Assembly: GCA_038087875.1 (NCBI GenBank)
Contig: CM075993.1
Location: 3,164,001-3,228,000, forward strand
Direction of reading: 5' to 3'
DNA from: Malacoraja senta
Lineage: Eukaryota
Length of the DNA: 64,000 nucleotides
The notes under the pieces were generated by a model. The model did no database searches, was not told the origin of the DNA, and saw only the letters and a program-made list of their open reading frames with translations. Below are positions 12,434 to 25,827 of the stretch, in pieces. A program made the position numbers and the translations under genes. Every line of letters begins with the position of its first letter. Position 1 is the first letter of the stretch.

Positions 12434-14308
12434 TTTAATTTAAAGCTGGAGTTTGTTCAGGTTTGCTCTTAACGTCACTTTTCAGACACGATGATGTAGA
12501 GAGATAAAGAACCATGAATAAAAGATTTGCAAAACTCTCCACATCACCGTCTATATCTCTCGTTTCCCTTATTCCTAACCAGTCTGAAGAAGGGTCTCGA
12601 CCCAAAACGTCACCCATTCCTTCTCTCCGGCGATGCTGCATGTCCCGCTGAGTTACTTCCGAGCTTTTTGTGTCTATCTTCAGTTTAAATCAGCATCTGC
12701 AGTTATTTCCGACGCATTTCGTCTGCTGGAGTAACTCAGCTGGTCAGGCAGCTCCTCTAGAGAAAGAGGGGGGGTTGCCGTTTTGGGTGTCTGAAGAAAG
12801 GTCCTGGCCCGAAACATCACCTATCCATTTTTCCCACAGATGTTGCCTGACCCGCTGAGTTACTCCAGCACCCTGTGCCTATCTTTGGCCCGAAACGTCA
12901 CCCATTCCTTCCCTCCAGAGATGCTGCCTGTCCCGCTGAGTTACACCAGCAAGATGCTACCTTAGCGAGCGGCCAATATTGAAGTCTAGGCAGGTGGATC
13001 TAGCTGAGTGACTGCACAGTCTAAAAAGCTCCAAATTAGTCTGACTGAAAGAAAACACAGCTAATTTTCAATCGAAATACCAAATTCTTGCAAAATAATG
13101 ACGGTTTCATATTTAATATGTTCTATCCAAGGGATTGAGATATAAATCACCTTATAATTGAATTACTTCATGTAGACAGAAATTATTCTAACAGTAAAAG
13201 AAGGGACTTAAGGAAATCTTATTAACTTAATGATATCACATTAAGAGCCAGTTGCATGAATACATTTATCCAGATTATAGACTTTGTCTTGTTTACTGCA
13301 GAGATTTAAGACATCAAATCCAATAAGCCTTGAGTTTATTAATTGGTATCAAAAGCAGAGTTTATGTGGCAATGCGTTAGTTCACCTTTGTGTCTCGCGG
13401 TGTCAAAGTTGTAACGTTATCAATCACTCGATCACTGGGCAGTCACGGTGGCGCAGCGGTAGAGTTGCTGCCTTGCAGAGCCAGGGCCCCGAGTTCGATC
13501 CTGACCACGGGTGCTGTCCGTACGGAGTTTGTACGTTCTCCCCGTGAGTTTTCACTGAGATCTTCGGTTTTCTCCCACACTCCAGAGACAGGGCCTTAAG
13601 GCCGCAACTCTACCGCTGCGCCAGCATGCCGTGTGACTCTCTGACATTGAGAAAGATTGAGACAGAGGCAAAGGCAGGTAGTTGAGATTCTAACCCACAG
13701 ATGCAAGACCCACTAAGGGAGACAGGCAGGCAGGCAAAGCTTCGAAAGGAACACACCCTCCGGCTGAATGGTGGAAGTGGCTCAGCCATTTTAATGATTA
13801 GAATTACTCATATGCAAATCAAACGTAGCTGTGATTTGAAGAGCCAACACCTGAAGTCACATTTTTAATCTAGTTTAACTTAAAAAATTGGAATAATTAC
13901 CTGGTTTAGACGAATATTATCTTAAACGACAGAAAGTGCCCTTTATTTCACTGCAGTGGCAATTTGGAAGCACTGATTTAATATTCTACCCCCAGGATTT
14001 TCAGTAAAGTCTCGTTTTTTCAGTACTCTGTACCACAAAACCTTTCTCACAGAAAGTGCAGAGCTGATCTTTCAACAGAACTTGCCACAGCTCTGGGGAT
14101 TAAGTTTAAAGTTTCCGCTCAATTTAATAAGTAATTGGAAAACTTTATTTTTTTCAACAAACCCCCCCCCCCACATCCAACGAACGCACAGTTTAAACAA
14201 TAATGAGGACCCTCAATGTACACACACCTTTAATATTTTTTAAATGAAAATTATTCTTTACTCTCTCCCACCTCAGGATGATCTTGGAAGATTGCCATCT
14301 CTGTTCCT

Positions 14309-14622
14309 GTTTAGTTTAGAGATACAGCGCAGAAACAGGCCCTTCGGTCTACCGGGTCCATGCTGACCCGTGATCCCCGCACACTAACACTACCCTACAC
14401 ACACACGAGGGACAATATTACATTCATACCAAGCCAATTAACCTACAAACCTGCACGTCTTTGGAGTGTGGAAGGAAACCGAAGATCTCGGAGAAAACCC
14501 ATGCAGGTCACGGGGAGAACGTACAAACTCCGGACAGACAGCGCCCGTAGTCGGGATCGAACCCGGGTCTCCGACTCTGCAAGCGCTGTAAGGCAGCGAC
14601 TCTACCGCTGCGCCACCCTGGC
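14309..14622 (-). mobile_element. V-SINE (HE1-like), near full length
   Basis: Head, V-domain and (CTAAA)n tail on minus strand. Confidence 0.85.
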
Positions 14623-15796
14623 CCCCCCCCCCGTGCTAACCAGTCACCAGAAAGACAATCCATGATTACAATCGATCCATTTACAGATAAACAGCTTGGT
14701 AAAATTGTAAATTGTCCCGAGTGCTTGTAGGATAGTGTAAGTCTGCGGGGATCGCTGGTCGGCGTGGAGTCGGTGGGTCAAAGGACCTGTTTGGTTTAAA
14801 ACGTCAAATTCAACCACGTCAGGCATCATTCCGCAGTGTTCCTGCTCGATGTATAAAATGGGAGGGTGGAGAGAATACTAAATCCAATGTACCACAGCAG
14901 AGAAATATTTACACTGAGTTTGTTGATGAGAATGAGTAATTATGTCACAGCTCAGCAGAGGGATCACCTACCTGAGGCAAGTAAAAACAAGCACATCTTG
15001 GCTGATTTAGCATTCAACAAGTATACAGTGGAAGAATTCTTCTGTGGCTGTGAATTGTTATTAAGGAGTCAACAATCCATTCTGTCGCACTTGTTTCTGT
15101 GCCCTATCTCTGAACTAAACCAAACTAAAACTGTACATACATGATCAAAGGTTATGGGGAGAAGGCAGGAGAATGGGTTAGGTGGGAGAGACAGATCAGC
15201 CATGATTGAATGGCAGAGTAGACCTGATGGGCCGAATGGCCTAATTCTACTCCTATTCCTTAACCAGCTCTTCTGCCCACAAGATAGACACAAAAAGCTG
15301 GAGTAACTCAGCGGGGCAGGCAGCATCTCTGGAGAGAAGGAATGGGTGACGTTTTTGGACCAAGACCCTTCTGCAGACTGAAGATAGGATTGTGGGAAGA
15401 ATTAAATAGGTTTGGTGCTTGATGGTTGGCATGGACTATGTGGGCCGAAGGGCCTGTTCCTGCTGCTTGCCTCGATGGCTGTATCTAAATTCAATCATAA
15501 CAAGATGGACAAAATAACCAGAGAAATAGGTCTCGACCCGAAACGTCACCCATTCCTTCTCTCCAGAGATGCCACCTGTCCCGCTGAGTTACTCCAGCAT
15601 TTTGTGTCTATCTTCAGACCAAGTAGAGACCGTGGGTTTCCTTCCCTGAAGAAGATTAGTGAAGTGGTTGGTCTTTGAGCGAAGATTCAGTCATTTGTTT
15701 GTTCCTGCTACTGAAGATCCTCATTTTAGATGGCTATAATCGCTTGAATTTAAATTCCACAAACCCCACATGGGAGTTCAAATTCAACTTCTACCT

Positions 15797-16275
15797 TCTA
15801 TCCATGTACCTAATTGCTTCTTAAACGTTGCGATAGTCCCAGCCTTACCTACCTCCTCCGGCAGCTTGTTCCATACACCACCGCCCTTTGCGTGAAAAAA
15901 TTACCCCTAAGATACCTATAAAATCCTTTCCCCCATTACCTTAAACCTATGTCCTCTGGTTCTCGATTCCCTACTCTGGGCAAGAGATTCTACCCAATCT
16001 ATTCCCCTTCTTCTCCTTCTTGCGTATGGCGTGGACAGCCTAAAGTTGCAGGACAACTTGTTCTATTTGATCTTATTTGACTGTGCACGCCAGGTTGATT
16101 GCATTCGTCGAAACAGGGCGGACCACGTGAAGGTTGCAATCTCCCACCCAATCTATTCCCCTCGTGATTTTATACACCTCCGTAAGATCACCCCTCATCC
16201 TCCTGCGCTCCAAGGAATAGAGTCCCAGCCTACTCAACCTCTCCCTACAGCTTAGACCTGGCAAACATTCTTGTA
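15797..16275 (-). mobile_element. CR1 3' fragment interrupted by an HDV-ribozyme SINE
   Basis: GLSCRERLSRLGLYSLERRRMRGDL; CR1 resumes after the TSD. Confidence 0.85.
16009..16149 (-). mobile_element. ~135-bp SINE-like retroelement with 5' HDV-like fold (copy 1)
   Basis: TSD AATCTATTCCCCT (15996-16008, 16150-16162); AAG-type tail; matches 41771-41903 and 48139-48270. Confidence 0.85.
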
Positions 16276-17116
16276 ACTAAAACGTCTCGTAAATCTTCCA
16301 CCCAGTCTATTCCTCTCATGATTTTATTCACACAATTTTATTCCCACCAACAGCCCAGTTGCAGCCGAGGTTTGTAAAGAACCCGAGGCTACGCCGCTGT
16401 AAGCAGCTATCAGTCGGGGACTGGCAGCGGTCTACCATCTTTGTCTGACATCTTTGGAACACGCTGGGACACATCAGGCAAAGCGCACCGCTGTAATCAG
16501 CTCCCCCCAGTTACGCTAATATTCCACACTTAACACTGCCGCTGGTCAAAAGGAATACGAACATGCTCGAAAAACAAACTGGGGAGATTTTTGCCATTGA
16601 CAGTGAGTTACTGTTATTCTCCCTCTCATATGAAGGGGTCATAACTCACTTGCACCAGTGGCAGTGGTGAATGATGAGAGCCTTTTGTATTTCACTGTAG
16701 TGAAGGAACACCTGCAACTTACAGTCTCCGATGAAATATAATTCACTGGATCGTTCCGATGGGTTTCTTCCTGAATCAGTCTGAAGAAGGGCCTCGACCC
16801 AAACGTCACCCATTCCTTCTCTCCAGAGATGCCGCCTGTCCCGTTGAGTTACTCCAGCATCCCACTAAATGTTGCCTCTCCTTATACTTCTTCAGTCTGA
16901 AGAAGGGACCTGGTTCGAAACAGCGCCTGTTCAGTCGCAAACTTGGCCCATATCCCCTGAAATGTCGCCTGACCTGTCCCACCTGCCCACATCCCTCTAC
17001 ACCTTTCGTATCCACGCACCTGTCCTTCAGTCTAAGTAGTCAATTAGCCCTCCAATTCATCCTTGGGATGTGGGAAGAAACTGGAGCTTGGGCTATTTTG
17101 AAAGTACCTCGTTCTA

Positions 17117-17655
17117 TCATAGAGTCATAGAGTGTGGAAACAGGCCCTTTGGCCCAACTTGCCCACACCGACCAACATGTCCCATCTACATTAGTCCCAC
17201 TTGCCCATATCCCTCTAAACCTGTCCTATCCATGTACCGATGAAATGGTATACCCATAGATGCTGCCGCACCCGCTGAGTTTCTCCAGCACTTTTGTCTA
17301 CAATCCATGTACCTGTCCAATTGCTTCTTAAACGTTGCAATAGTCCCAGCCTCAACTACCTCCTCTGGCAGCTTGTTCCATACACCCACCACCCCTTTGT
17401 GTGAAAAAGTCACCCCTCAGATTCCCATTACATTTTCCCCTGCTTCACCTTAAACCTATGCCCCCTGGTCCTCGATTCCCCTACTCTGGGCAAGAGGCTC
17501 TGTGTGTCTACCCGATCAATTCCTCTCATGATTTTATACACCTCTATAAGATCACCCCTCTTCCTCCTGCGCTGCAAGGAATAGAGACCCAGCGTACTCA
17601 ACCTCTGCCTGTAGCTCACACCCTCTAGTCCTGGCAACATCCTCGTAAATCTTCT
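17117..17655 (-). mobile_element. CR1 3' fragment with a small Penelope-end insert (~17256-17301)
   Basis: RRFTRMLPGLEGVSYRQRLSTLGLYSLQRRRKRGDLIEVYKIMRGIDRVD. Confidence 0.85.
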
Positions 17656-19076
17656 AGCCGATCTAATGATTTGATTCACTTGATTTTATCATTCAGATCT
17701 GCTCTACGAGATTACCAGCCATTTGGCTGGGGAGAGTTGCGCACAGCTAATCCTGTGTGGCTCTGCCTCCATATGGTACACAAGCCTTCCTTGGATAACA
17801 CTAAGTGGTGCTGCCAACTTGAGTGATGTTGCTGATTTACATCTTAGCATCTCTTGTGGACTCATATCTGAGCTCTCGTCGCTCTTCTGACTGGGCCTCT
17901 CGGCAAGGGAGGTAGCGCCTTGCCAAGCAAGTTACTCAGGAAAAGAGTTTCCATCGTTGACCCGCTGGCGCTGATGAGGAATTGTCCTGTAATCATTCTG
18001 CAGTTGCAATGCCAAGGAGTTGGGTTTTGGTCGATTATTGCCGCGTGCTTTGTGGAACGCTGCAGCGAGAGGCTTTTGGTTTCGCACGCTGCCCAACCAA
18101 ATCAGGCTGTGCTGAACATGAATACAGTCAAGACTTCAGAATGAAGAATGGTCCCGACCTGAAACATCACCTATCCATGTCCTCCAGAGATACTGCTTGA
18201 CCTACTGAGTTACTCCAGCACTTTGTATTTTACTCAAGGTTCCCCGGGATCTGCAGTTGTAGATTAGTATGGGTGTCAGGGGTTGTGGGGAGAAGGTAGG
18301 ATAATGGGATTAGGAGGGAGAGACTGATCAGCTTTGATTCAATGGCGGAGTAGACTTGATGGGCTAAATGGCCTTTGTTCTGCTCCTATCACTTATGACC
18401 TTATGCACAGTCCTACAGCACAGAAGCAGGGCCTTCAGCCCAACTCATCCACGCTGAACGAGAAACCACATATAAGCTAGTCCCATTTGTTCGTGTTATG
18501 CCCATACCTTTAGTTTGGTTTAGTTAAGAGATACAGCGTGGAAACAGGCCCTTCGGCCACCGTGTCCGTGCCAACCAGCAATCCCCGCACACTAACACTA
18601 TCCTGCACTCACTAGTGACAATTTACAATTATACAATGGGGTTAGGAGGGAGAGGTAGATCAGCCATGATTGAATATTGGAGTTGACTTGATGGGCCGAA
18701 TGGCCTAAATCTACTCCTATCACTTATGACGTTATGACCTTATGAACTAGGCTGTTGGTGGGAGCTAGACAACAGTGTGGTACCAACCCTTTGCAATCAA
18801 TCAATGAAGATTGTGGGGAGAAAAACTGGTGCAATTTATATTCATGGTAGATCACGTCTATTGACTTTGAAAGAACTAGCAAGCTGCGTGTGTCTGGAGA
18901 TTGGAGCTGTTCAGAGATGCAGGGTGAAGCTGGCCAAATATCTTTAACTTGCTTCGAGCATTTTATTGTTGTGTCAGGATGATGCAAAACCTACTGCTGT
19001 GAGGTTTCTTTTATTGAAATCCTTGGTAAAATGTGTTTGAAAAATGGTAAATGGAAGTCCTACTAATCGAGCCTTT

Positions 19077-19495
19077 AGAAACATAGAAACATAGAAAATA
19101 GGTGCAGGAGGAGGCCATTTGGCCCTTCGAACCAGCACCGCCATTCATTGTGATCATGGCTGATCGTCCCCAATCAATAACCCGTGCCTGCCTTCTCCCC
19201 ATATCCCTTAATTCCACTAGCCCCAAGAGCTCTATCTAACTCTCTCTTAAATCCATCCAGTGACTTGGCCTCCACTGCCCTCTGTGGCAGGGAATTCCAC
19301 AAATTCACCACTCTGTGGGTGAATTTTGTTTTTCTCACCTCAGTCTTAAATGCCCTTCCCTTTATTCTAAGACTGTGGCCCCTGGTTCTGGACTCGCCCA
19401 AGATTGGGAACATTTTTCCTGCATCTAGCTTGTCCAGTCCGTTTATAATTTTATATGTTTCTATAAGATTCCCCCTCATCCTTCTAAACTCCAGA
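19077..19495 (-). mobile_element. CR1 3' fragment
   Basis: MRGNLIETYKIINGLDKLDAGKMFP...GYGEKAGTGY*; (TTTCTATG)n tail. Confidence 0.9.
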
Positions 19496-19539
19496 AGCTC
19501 AAGTTAATAAGCTCGTTAAGCTGCTAAATCACGGTTTCA

Positions 19540-19782
19540 ATAGACAACAAACAATAGGTGCAGGAGGAGGCCATTCGGCCCTTCGAGCCAGCACTGCCAT
19601 TCATTGTGATCATGGCTGATCGTCCCCAATCAATAACCCGTGCCTGCCTTCTCCCCATATCCCTTGATTCCACTAGCCCCTAGAGCTATATCTAACTCTC
19701 TCTTAAATCCATCCAGTGATTTGGCCTCCACTGCCATCTGTGGCAGGGAATTCCACAAATTCACAACTCTCTGGGTGAAAAA
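19540..19782 (-). mobile_element. CR1 3' fragment, very similar to the neighbouring copy
   Basis: Same 3' UTR as 19077-19495, with an ATTGTCT-type tail. Confidence 0.85.
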
Positions 19783-20082
19783 CATTGGATAACATAGAAC
19801 ATGGTCTCCCAGTTTGATTTGGTGATGATTGAAATGGAGAGGCCGGTTATAATGTTAAAATGGTGTCGGAAGAAGTGACTGCATGCTGTAGGGATGTAGG
19901 CAGTGATTTAGGGACAAATTCACCATGACAGGTTAACCCAACCAGCATGGCCACAACCCGAAACGTCACCCGTTCCTTCTCTCCACAGATGCTGCCTGTC
20001 CCGCTGAGTTACTCCAGCTTTTTGTGTCTATCCTCGGCGTAAACCAGCATCTGCAGTTCCTTCCTACAGAACAGGTCTTAGG

Positions 20083-20370
20083 GTTTAGTTTAGAGATACA
20101 GCACGGAAGCAGGCCCTTCGGCCCACCGAGTCCGCACCCACCAGCGATCCCCACACACTAACACTATCCTACACACACTAGGGACAAGTTTTACATATAT
20201 TCCAAGCCAATTAACCTACAAACCCGTACCTCTCGGAGAAAACCCACGCAGGTCACGGGGGGAACGCACAAACTCCGTACAGACAGCACCCGTGATCGGG
20301 ATCGAACCCGGGTCTCCGGCGCTGCAAGCGCTGTATGGCAGCGACTCTACCGCTGCGCCACCGTGCCACC
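20083..20370 (-). mobile_element. V-SINE (HE1-like)
   Basis: Head with A/B boxes and tail on minus strand. Confidence 0.85.
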
Positions 20371-21246
20371 CCGGGCTGTGGGAGGGAGCAAGAGCACCCA
20401 TGAAGTGACAGGAGGTGCTGAACGTGCGAACTCCACGCTGGGAGCAGCCGAGCTCAGGATCGAACCTGGGTCGTCGAACCTACGAGGCACCATCTTTCCC
20501 AGCTGTGCCGTGCCGCCCAATGCTGGGTTGGCCTGGGGGCATCTGCAAACATTTTTGTTTATTTTAATGGTTAAAGTCTTTTCATTGTTATTGTCAGTTT
20601 GTGATTACCATTTTAATTACAGCACAGGTTGAAGTACATTTGGTGGCTATTTCCTCTGCTAAAGCGCTCTATTAGAGTTAATTGTTTCCATCCAAGTGTG
20701 GCATCCATCAGCTGCGATTGTAGTCGGAGCTGCAGAGAGGTAAATACAATGGGTTTTTCTCCCAGTCTCATTTTTAAACTGATTAATGGACTTTTTGTTG
20801 ATTCAGAAAATGAAGGAGAATTCTGGCAAAGTTTGTCACAGCAGTGGATTAAGGTGGCGATGGAACAAAGGAATTAAGAGCAATTGGACATTTTAGCAAA
20901 GACAATGTCTTTGTTGTGTTCTTGTTGACTTATAATAACTCATTGGTCTCATCGATTCTCAAAGATGCAACCCCATGCTATTCCCCCCTAGAGAGCTAGA
21001 TAGGGCTCTTAAAGATAGCGGAGTCAGGGGATATGGGGAGAAGGCAGGAACGGGGTACTGATTGGGGATGATCAGCCATGATCACATTGAATGGCGGTGC
21101 TGGCTCGAAGGGTCGAATGGCCTACTCCTGCACCTATTGTCTATTGTCTATTTCCCCCCCAGTTCCCTTGTTCTCTCTCTCAACTCCTCTTCGAGTCCTT
21201 CCTTGCCTCAAATCTAAATGAGGGGAGGTTTACAATAAATAACAAA

Positions 21247-21550
21247 GGTGGCGCAACGGTAGAGTTGTTGCCTCACAGCGCCAGAGACCCGGGTTCGATC
21301 CCGACTACGGGTGCTGTCTGTACGGAATTTGTACGTTCTCCCCATGACCCGCGTGGGTTTTCTCCGAGATCTTCAGTTTCCTCCAACACTCCAATGACGT
21401 ACAGGCTTGTAGGTTAATTGGCTTGGCATAAAAATGTTTTAAAAATTGTTCCTAGTGTAGGATTGTGATAGCGTGCGGGGATCGCTGGTCGGTGCGGACT
21501 CGGTGGGCCGAAGGGCCTGTTTCCGTGCTGTATCTGTAAACTAAACTAAC
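21247..21550 (+). mobile_element. V-SINE (HE1-like), full length
   Basis: GGTGGCGCAACGGTAGAG...GGTTCGATCCC...(CTAAA)n. Confidence 0.9.
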
Positions 21551-22480
21551 CTAAGAATGTCTTTGAGATGCGGGAGGAAACTGGAAACTGGAGCACCCAG
21601 AGGAACATCAGGAGATAACATCAAAGATAGACACAAAATGCTGGAGTAACTCAACGGGACAGGCAGCATCTCTGGAGAGAAGGAATAGGTCGAGACCCTT
21701 CTCCGGGTTAATGAGAAGTACTGGAGAGGAGTGTGGATTGTGATCGACAATAGACAATAGGTACAGGAATAAGCCATTCAGCCTTTCAAGCCAGCACCGC
21801 CATTCAATGTGATCATGGCTGATCATCCACAATCAGTACCCCGTTCCTGCCTTCTCCCCATATCCCCTGACTCCGCTATCTTCAAGAGCCCAAGCAGGAG
21901 AGACGGCTGCAAAATTGGAGCAGGCTGGGAAATCTCTCTTAATACCAGTGAGGGTTGAAAAAAAAACTCTCGAAGCCTTGCTTGTGGTTGTCAGGCACGA
22001 AAGAAAATAATTCAAGATCAAGTGCGAAGTTGATCAGGCTAAGTTATTCCTAAAGGATTGCCTGCCGATGTTGGGATGGGTTGGAAACTGCGGTCGGGAC
22101 AGAGTTTCAATGCTGTGTTTGTAGAGTGCTCAGTTTACCTTAGAGCTATTCCAGTCTCTGGCACTAGAAAGGAACATTCACAACTGCATCTGTGTCCCCT
22201 CCAGCTACGGCAGCAATGTCAGGCAACAGTCGGGTTATGTTTTTTAATTCCATCTGTTTACAAATCCAAATGTTCCACGGGGCGGAAGGGGAACGGAATG
22301 TCGTTGTTAGACACACAAGATGCTGGAGGAACTCAGTGGGACAGGTGGAGGGAATCTCAGGGTGGAAGGAATGGGTGACGTTTCGGGTCGAGACCCTTCC
22401 TCAGGCTGGGATATTGTTCCAACTCGTTTCGGCTCTGTGACAAGCCTGCTATCGTGGCCAAATAGACTGCACCGGGATAT

Positions 22481-22695
22481 TTTAAGAAGGAACTGCAGAT
22501 GCTGGAAAATCGAAGGTAGGGTGCAGCAGCATCTATGGAGCGAAGGAAATAGGCAACGTTTCGGGCCGAAACCCTGAAGGAATAGGCAACGTTTCGGGAC
22601 GAAACCCGGAAGGGTTTCGGCCCGAAACGTTGCCTATTTCCTTCGCTCCATAGATGCTGCTGCACCCGCTGAGTTTCTCCAGCATTTTTGTCTAC
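22481..22695. mobile_element. Palindromic composite of Penelope-like termini
   Basis: Inverted hammerhead halves joined at ACCCGGAAGGG; flanked by CCGGGATAT duplication (22472-22480, 22696-22704). Confidence 0.75.
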
Positions 22696-23215
22696 CCGGG
22701 ATATGTTAATGTGCTTTTATCTATAGTATTGCGGGATCTGATGGTATTATTTTGACCTGAGCATGCAAGACGAAGCTTTTCACCGTACCTCGTGTATACA
22801 TGACAATAATAAACTGAGAGCTAAATGGGGTGGTGTTCTTGCATTACAAAGAGTGACTTTGTGAGCTCATATTATAACCTGAAGCTAACCATTCAGCTCT
22901 GTAACTCATCCCCTGTCCCACCAGAAACTGTGGGAATGTCAGGAGGGAGCGGGAAGGGAAAACCACTCAACTCCCAACACTGTATTCAGGTGATAGGAGC
23001 AGAATTGGGCCTTTCGGCCCATCAAGTCAACTCCGCCATTCAATCATGGCTGATCTATCTCTCCCTCCCAACCCCATTCTCCTGCCTTCTCCCCATAACC
23101 CCTGACACCCGTACTCATCAAGAATCTATCTATCTCTGCCTTACAAATATCCACTGACTTGGCCTCCACAGTACGTTCTCCCTGTGACCACGTGGGTTTT
23201 CTCTGGCAAGCCTAC

Positions 23216-23418
23216 TTTCTAGTGCCACCCGGGCGCGGACCTAACCCCGGAAAAGGGGCAGGCAGCCGGCTCGGGCAGAGCCCTCTTCCGCCTGGCGCCG
23301 TGACTCGCGGAAGGCCAGCTTGGCCAGGCCCAGGAGCCTGCCCCACCCAACCAGGACATCTTCGGCCCGGCCCTCTCCCCTACGCACAGGGTGTCCAAAG
23401 ATGAGGGTGGTGGGTAAA
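23216..23418 (-). mobile_element. Tx1-clade (L1-like) LINE ORF2 C-terminal fragment
   Basis: PTTLIFGHPVRRGEGRAEDVLVG..LLGLAKLA..SRRQA..GCLPLFRG resembles vertebrate Tx1 ORF2 C-termini; GC-rich island. Confidence 0.7.
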
Positions 23419-23618
23419 CAGACCCGCATTGTCTGCCTGTCCCACCGTTTGAATTTTCTTTGCCATTTTTACCAGCTGGGCTGGAGTGACCTTTGTACAG
23501 TTTCCAGCTCATTACATCTCTCCTCAGCCTTTTGATAAGTGTTTCCAGGCCATTACACCTATTAGACCCGGCCTGTCGACAGTCGTTAGCGCAAGTGAAC
23601 TCTTGACCCCTCCACGCT

Positions 23619-23935
23619 AGACACAAAGTGCTGGCGTAACTCAGCGGGACGGGCAGCATCTCCTGAGAGAAGGAACGGGTGACGTTTCGGGTCGAGACCC
23701 TTCTTCAGACAGGTTGGGGATAAGGGCGCCGAGAGATATAGACGGTGATGCCGAGAGATAAAGAACAATGAATGAAAGATGTGCAAAAAAGTGACGATGA
23801 TAAAGGAAACAGGCCGTTGTCAGCTGTTTGTTGGGTGAAAATGTGACTTGGGTGAGGGAGGGATAGAGAGAGAGGGAATGCCGGGGCTACCTGAAGTTAG
23901 AGAATTCAATATTCATACCACTGCCCAAGGGAAAT
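23619..23935 (-). mobile_element. Penelope-like 3' fragment with intact hammerhead core (23681-23708)
   Basis: Homologous to 58965-59385; perfect CTGAAGAAGGGTCTCGACCCGAAACGTC on minus. Confidence 0.8.
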
Positions 23936-24709
23936 ATGAAATACTAAATATGAAAATTTCTGGGACAACTATGTTGAACCAAAGGACACAAAGTTCTGGA
24001 GTAACTCCGCAGGTCAGATGGCATGAATATCTCTGGGCGAGCATCTTCACCCGACATCAGTCTGAAGAAGGGTTTCGGCCCAAAACGTTGCCTATTTCCT
24101 TCGCTCCAAAGATGCTGCTGCACCCGCTGAGTTTCTCCAGCACTTTTGTCTACCTGTCTGAAGATCTGTCCTGGACCCGGCACATAGATGCAGTCATATA
24201 CGCAGCCCATCTACGCCTCCACTTCCAGAGATGATTGGACAGGTTTAGAGGAATTTAGAGGGATATAGATCAAACTCATGCTGGTGGGACTAGTGTAGAT
24301 GAGACATGTTGGTCAGTGTTGGCAGGTTGGGCTGAAGGGCCTGTTTCTACACTGTATGACTCGACAAGACTCGGAGGAGATTCAGTCTGAAGACAAATAC
24401 TCTCCTGAACAACAGGGGGAGAGATGAGAGCATATACAGACTGGTTGCATCACTCCAAAGACATGCAGGTTTGTAGGTTATTTGGCTTCTGTAAATTGTA
24501 AATGGTCCTTGGTGTGTAGGATAGTGCTAGTGTACACAGTAGTCGCTGGTCAGTTTCCACACTGTATCTCTATAGTCTAAAGTCTCAACAGGCCCACAAA
24601 GAAATGTGTAGGAAGGAACTGCAGATGCTGGTTTAAACCGAAGGTAGACACAAAATGCTGGAGTAACTCAGCGGGACAGGCAGCATCTCTGGAGAGAAGG
24701 AATGTGTAA

Positions 24710-24905
24710 AGGGCCTGTCCCACTTGGCGGTTGTTTCTGCGAATGCCACGTCATTGACTGACGTATCAGGGTCGCCGAAAGATTGCGACACTTGAGGAAA
24801 CGCCGCGCGTCAATACGTCGTCACGCCGGGACTTTTTCGGTGACCTGATACGTCAGTCAATGATGCCGGCAGTCGCCGAAAAAATCGCCAAGTGGGGCAG
24901 GCCCT
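24710..24905. mobile_element. Harbinger-like MITE type C inserted in a Penelope terminus
   Basis: TIRs AGGGCCTGTCCCACTTGGCG / CGCCAAGTGGGGCAGGCCCT; flanks TAA and TGA; host repeat resumes after it. Confidence 0.85.
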
Positions 24906-25340
24906 TGACCTTTCGGGTCGAGACTGAAGAAGGGTCTAGTTGTCTACCTTTGGGCCACAATGTCCATGTCGAATATGGTGTCAAGTTAAACTAATCTCCT
25001 CTGCCTGCACGTGGTCCATATACCTCCATTCCCTGCATCTCCACGCACCTGTCCAAAAGCCTCTGAGATACCACTATCGTATCTGCCTCCACCTTTAGTC
25101 CTGGCAATGCGTTCTAGACATCCACTACCCGCTGATAGATTTAGAAGAAAGGCAGGTGGAGATGAGTGAAGTATTGATAGACTGGTTTCAACAGACAATA
25201 GACAATAGACAACAGGTGCCGGAGGATGCCATTTGGCCCTTCGAGCCAGCACCGCCATTCAATGTGATCATGGCTGATCATCCCCAATCAGTACCAGTAG
25301 CCCACCCTGAGTCCCATTACATGCCCAATGAACCCACTCA

Positions 25341-25720
25341 ATAGACAATAGACAATAGGTGCAGGAGTAGGCCATTCGGCCCTTCGAGCCAGCACCGCCA
25401 TTCAATGTGATCATGGCTGATCATCCCCAATCAGTACCCCGTTCCTGCCTTCTCCCCATATCCCCTGACTCCGCTATCTTTAAGAGCCCTATCTAGCTCT
25501 CTCTTGAAAGTATCCAGAGAACCTGCCTCCACCGCCCTCTGAGGCAGAGAATTCCACAGACTCACCACTCTCTGTGAGAAAAAGTGTTTCCTCGTCTCCG
25601 TTCTAAATGGCTTACCCCTTATTCTTAAACTGTGGCCCCTGGTTCTGGGCTCCCCCAACATCGGGAACATGTTTCCTGCCTCTAGCGTGTCCAAGCCCTT
25701 AACAGTCTTATATGTTTCAA
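25341..25720 (-). mobile_element. CR1 3' fragment with intact reading frame
   Basis: IETYKTVKGLDTLEAGNMFPMLGEPRTRGH...GYGEKAGTGY*; (ATTGTCT)n tail. Confidence 0.9.
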
Positions 25721-25827
25721 TATGTTTCGCCAAAAGGTTCAGTGGGAAACCAAGAAAAATAGTTAATTGAAAACTAAAGCAGATTTGTTAAAAAATGGAG
25801 CATTCTGAGCCTTTTTTAATATTTAAT

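Noticed and set aside
12105..12443. ORF spanning the N run
   Set aside because: Artefact of the assembly gap; only the CR1 part is real.
23216..23260. Helitron 3' end (CTAG near GC-rich sequence)
   Set aside because: Better explained as Tx1-like coding sequence on the minus strand.
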